A stretch of DNA of 20,329 nt from an uncultured cyanobacterium (GTDB lineage: Bacteria > Cyanobacteriota > Cyanobacteriia > Cyanobacteriales > Microcystaceae). Position numbers and translations under genes: made by a program. Shown here piece after piece: positions 10,550 through 17,991 of this stretch (position 1 is its first letter; each line of letters opens with the position of its first letter). Location of the stretch: assembly GCA_963807635.1 (NCBI GenBank), contig CAWEDJ010000045.1, forward strand, positions 1 through 20,329, written 5' to 3'. Under the pieces are notes generated by a model. It had not been told where the DNA came from. It worked only from the letters and a program-made list of their open reading frames with translations, and searched no databases.

Positions 10550-10802
10550 ACTTAGCCTCAAGTTCATCTGCAAGCACTTGTTTGTAGTTGATAGATAAGT
10601 CACTTTCGACTGAGCAACATCCAATAAAGCCTGATTCTTCCAGAATATCAAAGGGTGTTTTGTGTTGTTGATGTTTGAGTTTTTGATAATAGGAGTCTAT
10701 GGCATCTTGCAAAATTTCAGAGATAGCCTGATTAGTCTGTTGTTGAATATAGATGAGTTTATCTGTGGTTGCTGAGTCGATTTGGGTGTTAATTTGTGAC
10801 AT
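10536..10802 (-). CDS. Putative CopG/RHH-type antitoxin (partner of VapC)
   Basis: 88-aa ORF with SD-like GAGGT upstream, SEILQDAIDSYY and SGFIGC...DLSINYK, overlapping the PIN start. Confidence 0.75.
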   Translation of the reverse strand: MSQINTQIDSATTDKLIYIQQQTNQAISEILQDAIDSYYQKLKHQQHKTPFDILEESGFIGCCSVESDLSINYKQVLADELEAKYDHH

Positions 10803-10817
10803 TAATTTTACCTCTTA

Positions 10818-10986
10818 TTAATTTATTGTAATTGCATTATATTCTTGTTCGGTTAGTTCAAATTCTGGGTCGATTATTTTTATTTCTTCATAGTGAGGTT
10901 ATAAAGTTTGTAAACTAGTTGATTGATTTCTTTTTCTAAAGTGGTTGTATCAGCTTTTGGATCGGATTTTTTAGCAATGATAATTT
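10818..10986 (-). repeat. Copy (A') of the 3' end of the Type IIG RM gene
   Basis: About 90% identical by eye to 13236-13385. Encodes IIIAKKSDPKADTTTLEKEINQLVYKLYNLT-EEIKIIDPEFELTEQEYNAITIN*. Confidence 0.92.
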
Positions 10987-11005
10987 TCAGCTCGTCTTTT
11001 TAAAT

Positions 11006-11314
11006 TTACGATTGAGTCATTGCATTTAATGCCGTATTAATAATTTCTTCACTAACTCCCTGACATTTTAAATTTTCGATAAATACAGAAATTCCTTGAT
11101 TACGACTTTCTAAATAATATAAAATCGCGGCGATAGGAGATGGTGGTTCAATCGGATAGTTGTCTTTTTCATAAGCTTCTACCAAAGTTATTAAAATGTC
11201 TAATTTTTCTAATTCCTCTAATTCCTCTGTATTATTTTGAGCATCAAATAATCGTTCAATTTCTTTGATTGCTAATTGATAATCTTTTTCAGTTTTAATT
11301 GGTTTTAAATTCAT
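11006..11314 (-). CDS. higA: HigA-like antitoxin (N-terminal HigA domain, no clear C-terminal HTH)
   Basis: MNLKPIKTEKDYQLAIKEIERLFDA...LDILITLVEAYEKDNYPIEPPSPIAAILYYLE. It lies directly downstream of the HigB remnant, with an AGGAG ribosome-binding site. Confidence 0.8.
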   Translation of the reverse strand: MNLKPIKTEKDYQLAIKEIERLFDAQNNTEELEELEKLDILITLVEAYEKDNYPIEPPSPIAAILYYLESRNQGISVFIENLKCQGVSEEIINTALNAMTQS

Positions 11315-11328
11315 AAAATTAAATCTCC

Positions 11329-11489
11329 TTAAACAGTTGTTGCATCTATTTTATCGTATTCTTGATGAGTCCCGATAAAGCGAATAAAAACAATACTAAT
11401 ATCGTAACGTATATGAAAATTAGACGATGATTATTCCCTTTAATGTTAAAAACTACTCGATTATTCGCAATAATACTCGCATTTGCATA
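11329..11489 (-). pseudogene. higB: HigB (RelE-like) toxin, C-terminal half only
   Basis: YANASIIANNRVVFNIKGNNHRLI, then after one frameshift HIRYDISIVFIRFIGTHQEYDKIDATTV*. The N-terminal half is absent. Confidence 0.85.
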
Positions 11490-11741
11490 GGGGATTGTTG
11501 TCGTTTCAATCCAGATTGCACGATTTTTTATCTGTTGTGCTAGGCGTATGGCTTGATTTTGGTCAATATATTTGTTTAATCGAGGTCGGTTCCATACTTC
11601 ATGGAGTTCATCTAAAAGGTTTTGGCTCATGACTAATTGGAATTTGTCTTGATTAAATGCTTCTAAGATTGGAAGTGTGATTCTACCTTTTAGCAAGATA
11701 CGAATCCAAATGTTTGTATCTATGACTACTCGAAATTCCAT
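11490..11741 (-). pseudogene. PIN-family putative toxin (PIN_3-like), C-terminally truncated and fused in frame to the HigB remnant
   Basis: MEFRVVIDTNIWI...LVMSQNLLDELHEVWNRPRL. The expected RDPxD...GDxDL C-terminal motifs are missing. Confidence 0.8.
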
Positions 11742-11743
11742 GT

Positions 11744-11965
11744 TTAGTTTCTTGATTGCTGACGTACAGCTTTAATTTCGTTCATAATCTCGGTATCTGT
11801 AATGTCATCTATAGGGGGTTGGCTATACAGTTCTTCAAGTAAGTTTGTGAGGTCTGATTTTAATTCCATGTGAATTAAAGCTTTGGCGACTTGTTCGCGA
11901 TCGCTGGGTTGTAGTTGTTGTAGGGTTGTAATCAGTTGTTCTAGGGTTATTGGTAGTTGAATCAT
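11744..11965 (-). CDS. Putative antitoxin of the PIN toxin
   Basis: 73-aa acidic ORF (ITLEQLITTLQQL...ITDTEIMNEIKAVR) ending 2 nt before the PIN start. Confidence 0.7.
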   Translation of the reverse strand: MIQLPITLEQLITTLQQLQPSDREQVAKALIHMELKSDLTNLLEELYSQPPIDDITDTEIMNEIKAVRQQSRN

Positions 11966-12003
11966 GATTGTTCACCATAATAATTTGTTGTCTGTGATTT
12001 TGT

Positions 12004-12125
12004 ATTATTTAATTTTTCTTTGTCATTTACCTCCTTCTAGTATTTTAATCTCTTCTCCTGTTAATCCATAAAGTTGATAAACTAGTTAATCTATTTCTTT
12101 TTCTAAGGCGGTTGTATCAGCATTT
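12004..12125 (-). repeat. Copy (B) of a Type IIG RM 3' tail, short variant, plus the stub of a following gene
   Basis: Encodes NADTTALEKEID*LVYQLYGLTGEEIKILEGGK*. 12004-12085 matches 12548-12629 at 76/82 nt. Confidence 0.88.
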
Positions 12126-12136
12126 AGAATACCTGT

Positions 12137-12297
12137 TTACTTGTTTCTAATTCTAAATTTATTTTGATCGACAATTACGATCGCGCCAATTATTTGTGGT
12201 AAATTAACTTGATCAATAAATTTCTCTAATGCTTGTCGAATTTCTACGGCGATCGCATCAAAGGAAAATCTCAAAATAATTAAACCGCAATGGATAT
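12137..12297 (-). pseudogene. DUF5615-like PIN toxin, C-terminal fragment
   Basis: IHCGLIILRF...IGAIVIVDQNKFRIRNK* lies immediately after DUF433, the usual partner of this family. No start codon or N-terminus is present, and it is not in the ORF track. Confidence 0.7.
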
Positions 12298-12495
12298 TTA
12301 AGAGAAGTAGGTGAGTGATGCCAAAATTTGTTCTTGAGTGACTGCATATTCTTGGATTACTTCGTCATAGGTCATGCCACCAGCGAGGGAACCGATGATT
12401 ACTGCGACGGGGATACGAGTACCTTTTAGGACGGGTTTACCATGTTGGATTTCGTTGTCGATGGTGATAGCGTCGTGTACGATGCTTTTTTTCAT
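12298..12495 (-). CDS. DUF433-family antitoxin
   Basis: ITIDNEIQHGKPVLKGTRIPVAVIIGSLAGGMTYDEVIQEY...QILASLTY. Confidence 0.88.
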   Translation of the reverse strand: MKKSIVHDAITIDNEIQHGKPVLKGTRIPVAVIIGSLAGGMTYDEVIQEYAVTQEQILASLTYFS

Positions 12496-12547
12496 AATCT
12501 AGTTCCTTATAAAAGTTGATTTTTTCAAATACTTGCATGATAATCGA

Positions 12548-12635
12548 ATTATTAAATTTTTCTTTGTCATTTATCTCCTTCTACTATTTTAATCTCTTCT
12601 TCTGTTAATCCATAAAGTGAATAAACTAGCTGATT
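12548..12635 (-). repeat. Copy (B') of a Type IIG RM 3' tail, short variant, plus the stub of a following gene
   Basis: Encodes NQLVYSLYGLTEEEIKIVEGDK*. Direct repeat of 12004-12085. Confidence 0.88.
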
Positions 12636-12638
12636 CCG

Positions 12639-13079
12639 TTACTCATCTTGTAGTTTTTCTAAATCGGCTAGATCTTGAAGTTGCCCAGAGGCTAATTTAT
12701 TTTTTTTGAGATTCTCAAGATTTATGAATTTAACAGGTACATCATTAAGGGGAATCAATTTTGGAGTCATAGCAAGTTTTAAAGTCAATGCCATCGGGGT
12801 TAGTAATTAAATCAATTCGACTGGGGGGATAACCAAGCTGAATGATTTGATTGGTGTTTGAAAGTCATCGGCTGTTAATCCTAAACTTTGAAATCCAAAT
12901 TGAGTTAATACTGTTATTAATTTTTGAACGTTTTCTTCACTTATTTCAATCCAAATGTCAATGTCTTTGGTATAGCGTGGATGTCCATGAACTGTGACAG
13001 CGTAGCCACCAATAACAAGATATTTAACTTGATTTTCGTTTAATAATTGTATAAACTCTTTGAAATCTTGGTTGAGCAT
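12639..13079 (-). CDS. Small nucleotidyltransferase (Pol-beta superfamily, DUF6036-like); apparent frameshifts
   Basis: MLNQDFKEFIQLL...YLVIGGYAV..HGHPRYTKDIDIW. The frame-corrected continuation is IIQLGYPPSRIDLI...LKKNKLASGQLQDLADLEKLQDE*. Confidence 0.8.
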
Positions 13080-13211
13080 TGTATTTATATTGGTGATATT
13101 CTTGACGGATTTGTTCGAGTGCTTTAGGCGTTTTTGAGGTGTTTGTTGTTGCCAGTATTGGAAGTCGCTAGTTTGTTGTTTGAGAGAGATTTTAGTAATA
13201 ATTTTTTCCAT
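13024..13211 (-). CDS. Small partner protein of the nucleotidyltransferase (~62 aa); one apparent frameshift at ~13124
   Basis: Corrected reading MEKIITKISLKQQTSDFQYWQQQTPQKRL(E)ALEQIRQEYHQYKYNAQPRFQRVYTIIKRKSS*, overlapping the NTase start. Confidence 0.65.
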
Positions 13212-13215
13212 GATT

Positions 13216-16200
13216 TTATTCCATTTTGATGTTTGTATATTCTTGTTCGGTTAGGTCAAATTCGGGGTCGATGATTTTTATTTCTTCATAGGTGAGGTTA
13301 TAAAGTTGATAAATTAGTTGATTGATTTCTTTTTCTAAGGTGGTTGTATCAGCTTTTGGATTGGATTTTTTAGCTGTGAGAATTTGATTAACTAATTTTT
13401 CTAATGATAATTCCTCAATTTCTGTAGCTTCTTTGATAGGCAATAGCTCAATTTTATATTTCTTCCATCTATTTGTCCCCCATTCCGTAGTAGTTGAAAT
13501 TTGGTTAAAGTACCATTCAGATAGTTTTTTTGAATTTAAAATTCCTAGCAAGTATTTAAGTTTTTCGCCAGTCATTAAGAATGCAGTAGCTTCGGGATAA
13601 TAATTAGAATCATCGAAAGTAAATTTTGGCTTGTCATAAATTTCACCCCAAACAATCTTAGGTTTTTCAAAATCTTCTAAATATGCACAATTTCTTAAAT
13701 TACTCCAATGGTTACCTTTGTCTTGTCGTTGCTCAATTTTTGGCAAAAAAGAAGTTAGATAATTATAAATATTTGGGTAATTTTCTTTGACTTTAATTCT
13801 TTCAATATTATTTTTGAAAACTCCATTATGTGTGTTAATTAAGTAAGTTTTCGAGAAATCATAGCTATATTTTTTTAAATCTCTACCCCTTAAAATTGGT
13901 TTAATTACGTCAGCAGAATTAGGATCTTGATATATTAATTCATTTTTGACTTGTTCATCTATAATAAAGAAACCTCGTTATATCCTGTCTTAATACCAAA
14001 ATTAATTGTTATTTTAAAATCTTTTAGTGGTTTACCAACAAAATCTATTTTTTGCTTTAATTTTCCAATATTTTTCATTGCCTATAATCCATTCAGATGT
14101 ATTAGGTATTAGAAATTGAAAATAATTTTCATCAAAATAATCACCTAATGAAGAGCCAATAAAATAATTATTATTTAGACTAGCAACATTGAAAAATTCA
14201 TTTGGTCTATTTTTCAAAAGTGATAATATTTGATTCTACAGTCGCTTCTTCAAAAATCTGCATATCTTCAATATTTAATAAATTCTTAGGTTGCATATTT
14301 TCAATTAAATATTTTTTCAACAAATCACCATAAATAGTTTTTAGCCAAGAATTAGAAGTAATATAAGTTAAAAATCCTTTTTTCTTAATATACAACTTCC
14401 TTTTTCGTAAAATAAGCAATAAATATCTGTACCCTTTATATAAGTTTGATAATGATTTTCAAAATAACTTTTTGAGATTGTTCTTTAATTTTAGATAGTG
14501 AAATATAAGGAGGATTTCCAATAACCACATCAAAACCAATAAAATCACCATCATCATTCAAAACTTCAGGAAACTCAAACCGCCATTCTAAAGCATTTTC
14601 ATAAATTTTACCACTTTCTATATCTTCAATTTCAACGTTTAATTTATCAATCTCATTATTCAATTGAGCTATTTTTTTCTCCCGTTTTTTTTTTTCAGCT
14701 TTACGTTTCTGGAATAATAAAATTTGATTTTTCAATGATAAAGTTCTCCTTCTAAATTTCTTAACTTAGTCTTATTTGGATCACTTTCCCAATGTAATGT
14801 AGTTTCAAATCTATTTTTAATTTCCTCAATTAATTTTTCCATTTCCTGTTTTTGTTCTTTATTTTCAGCATTGCGATAGGTTTTAACAGCATTTTCGATA
14901 ACTTTCTATACTGTATTTATCTATTATAAAGTAGCTCGCAAATCACATCTAAAGGAAACCGACTAATTAAAGAATTACCAGGTTTAATATTAATATCAAT
15001 ATTGGGTAAAGTTTCCAATTCCCGTAATTGCTGGTTCTATAATAAGCATTTTTCAAAAGTTCAATCCATAAACGCAACCGACATATTTTCACAGAATTAG
15101 GATTTATATCCACACCAAATAAACAATTTTCAATAATCGTTTGTTTTTCATGAAAGAGAGTTTCTTGTACTCGTTGACTTTCCTGGCTTTTTAGGATTAT
15201 ATTCAAATAATAAACCATCTTCATCATAGAATAATTAACTCATCATTCCCAACTTCTATCTGATAATCTTTTAATCGTCTTATCCTTCTCTATCAAGTAA
15301 AATCTTAAATTCACTTTTAATCGCAATAATTTCATTCAAAGCCGAAACTAAAAAATGTCCTGAACCCACCGCAGGATCACAAATTTTGAAACTATTAATA
15401 ATCGTATTAGCTTCTTTTTTATCTTCGTAATTTTTTCATATAAATCATCAATATTTTCACAACTCCAATCTTTAATTTCATTAAATTTTTGTACAACCGC
15501 TCTTCTAATTGTTTCCCGACACATATACATAGTAATAAAACCAGGAGTAAAGAAAGAACCATCTTTATAACCGTTAATTTTCTCAAAAATTAACCCCAGT
15601 ACAGACGCATTAATTAACTTTTTATTATCCTCTTGATTCTCTTCCGATTTTCACTACTAAAATCATAAGCCTTAAGAAATTCAAAAAATATTCTAAAGCA
15701 TTTAATTTCGCCCAATCGTTGTTTACCATTATTATCTTTAAGACCGTAGGAGAGAAAATTGGTAAATTCTCATTATTTCAAATTACTAATCTAATGTAAT
15801 CATTCTCATTTCGTTGGTTCAAATAAAGAACTATTCAAATAAGGAACATTAGCAAAATATTTTTTACAATTCGCTGTCTTTCGTTTATGTAGAGCTAATA
15901 CACTAAAAAAACAGATTATTCAAATCACCATAATTTTGAATTTTTGTAAATTCAAAAATGCATAAGCTTGATCATCTTGATGATATTTAATTAATTGAGC
16001 TTCTAATAATTTGAGAAAGAGAATTCGATTAATCCAAGTAATTGCTAATTCTAATCCAACATTAAAAACGGTTCAATTATTCTTCTCCAAAATTTTCTCT
16101 AAACTTCAATTTGCGAGATAGCATTTTCAATTAATGAACCGCTATTTCGTTCCCTTTCTTTGTTGCTGAATCAATTTTTTACCACCTTCTTTAATTTCCG

Positions 16201-17003
16201 TTAAACCGATAATATGTAATAACTCACTATAAAATCCTTTATCGAAAGTATTACTATCATTTGCAAAAGGTAACTTTAATAAATGTTCTGGTGAAAATAA
16301 TTTAAACAAATTTCTAATTTTGATTAACTCCCTTATTTTCCCCACGAACAGGGGCTTAAGCCCCTTGCCTAAATAATGCTTGATATTCTCGAATATCAAA
16401 ATGGGTAAAAATGATTTCATCTTGAATACCGTCGATAGCAGGTTTAGCAATTTCCTTATAAAAGAAATCAGTTTTTTACTACTTAATGCTTTTCTTCAAA
16501 ATCAGTAAATTGCTGAACTAGTGTTTTATTTTCTGCAAAAAATTTTCAAAAATTGAGCGTCAAAAATAAACCATTCATAAATATTAGTAGCAATTAAATA
16601 TTTAATTTCTAGATTTTTATTGTTAACGTTCTCGCAGAAAATATAAAACTAATTGTTGAAAAGCTTTAGTATTCAAATTATCAACTTTGGCAAGCATATT
16701 CGTTTTATTGTGGGCTTTTTAGCTTCTAAAATCACACCAACTGACTTTTAGCATCTTTACCATTATGAATAACAAGATCATTACGTCCCTTTAGTATTAA
16801 TAAAGTGATTTGGCTATAATATGTATTCTTTAAAAAATCAGCAATCAGATTTTTATGAAACTCCTCTGATTCAGATTCATTAATTTGGTCGATAAGCTTG
16901 CCAGATTAATTTTAAAATTCTCAAAATCTCTGAATTAGGTTTAAGTTTTAGCAAAAGCCTTATTTTTTAACGCCTCTTTTCGATATAGCCTATTGTTTTC
17001 CAT
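13216..17003 (-). CDS. Type IIG restriction endonuclease-methyltransferase (Eco57I/Cj0031-like, N6-adenine MTase, TaqI-C-like specificity domain); heavily frameshifted in this sequence
   Basis: Collinear fragments: ESEEFHKNLIADFLK, RNDLVIHNGKDAK, ILEAKKP (nuclease), FSPEHLLKLPFANDSN, FEKINGYKDGSFFTPGFITMYMCRE, motif I DPAVGSGHFL, GVDINPNSVKICRLRLWIELLK, motif IV GFDVVIGNPPY, and LRNCAYLEDFEKPKIVW...YLLGILNSK. The start at 17003 is inferred. Confidence 0.88.
16350..16365. repeat. Perfect 16-bp GC-rich palindrome (REP-like) inside the RM gene
   Basis: aggggcttaagcccct is self-complementary and sits in otherwise very AT-rich DNA. Confidence 0.7.
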
Positions 17004-17257
17004 CAAAACCTACACCTCAAAAATAATCCATAGAATTAATAATAATGGATTGTTCTAAACTTTACACAGAAATGCTCCACAGAATCCAAAATCTCATTTT
17101 CCTTAAATTTTTCTTAAAATAGAGGGCTAAGTAATAAATCTTTGTTAACCTGAAACCCAAAGAATAACCCAAGTCACTGTTAAAATCGACAAAGACGCGA
17201 TGCAAAAAACATCCCTCGCGATCGCCAATAATTCTTAGTACCGCCATAAACACTCCT

Positions 17258-17717
17258 ATGACAACCGCAACCCTCTTCCCCACGCCCCTGACATCACTGC
17301 CAATCGACTATTGTTGTCGGATTATCACCTGCTTTCTCAAAAAAGACGGCGAATTTCATTAAGTCGAAATCCTGGAACCCATCCCCTCCGCCGCCCTAGA
17401 AGCCATCCTTAAAGGCGTTCCTACCTCCTTTCAATGGGCAAAAGCGATCTTGAATGTAAGATATTGTCGATCGCCGGCCCCAAAAAACAGAACATTTTCC
17501 CGTAGAAGCCCAATTTTGCGATGAATTTGTCGAAAGAGTTTTAGCCACCCTCCGCATCTATAAAAGTCGTCCCCAAGCCCAGACCCATATTCCCCTCGGA
17601 ACCGTCCGCCAAGACTTTAACTATTCCCTCGATCGCAAACGAGTACTCAACGCCAGCAAAGTCGTCCGTACCGAAGATAACGTTAAACAACATTCCCACA
17701 CCCACCAAGTTCTCTAA
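17258..17717 (+). CDS. Conserved cyanobacterial hypothetical protein (~155 aa); frameshifted, missed by the ORF track
   Basis: Pieces read MTTATLFP..APDIT, TCFLKKDGE, VEILEPIPSAALEAILKGVPTS, FPVEAQFCDEFVERV and DFNYSLDRKRVLNASKVVRTEDNVKQHSHTHQVL*. Confidence 0.75.
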
Positions 17718-17762
17718 ACCATAGGGTTTAATACAGTGGGGTTAATACAGTTAAATTCATTT

Positions 17763-17810
17763 AAAAGCGATCGCATTTTTTCTTAATTCAGGAAGTGCGA
17801 TCGCTTTTTT
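17763..17810 (+). terminator. Putative intrinsic terminator hairpin built from two HIP1 sites
   Basis: aaaagcgatcgca (17763-17775) pairs with tgcgatcgctttt (17796-17808). It ends in a T run, about 45 nt after the upstream stop. Confidence 0.55.
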
Positions 17811-17991
17811 AGTAGAGGCTTTTGCTTTTTCATTTTTTTAATAAAAATAGTAATACTTTACTAGAGTAACACTTCTTAAATGTCAAACAATTAGTATTTT
17901 CTCTCTTCCCTAATCTAGTTCCCCATTGATAGAGTGGAATGTCATAGATGCTTAGTATCCACTTAAAATTTAATTATAAAAATATAGTAAC

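Noticed and set aside
10445..10651. 68-aa track ORF as a real gene
   Set aside because: It is a composite of an alternate frame of the antitoxin, the vapC stub and IS end sequence.
10818..13385. CRISPR array or classical integron explanation for the repeats
   Set aside because: The repeats are 80-170 bp protein-coding RM tails with gene-sized spacers. No cas genes, intI gene or attC-like inverted boxes are visible.
10818..13385. Invertible shufflon of RM specificity domains
   Set aside because: All copies are direct repeats, none is preceded by a spare full specificity domain, and no recombinase is present in the window.
17062..17283. 73-aa minus-strand ORF
   Set aside because: It covers the divergent promoter region, overlaps the plus-strand gene start and has no recognisable features.
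17848..17863. NtcA or LexA binding site
   Set aside because: The spacing is GTA-N6-TAC rather than N8, and it mismatches the cyanobacterial LexA core at both half-sites. It is kept only as an unassigned palindrome.
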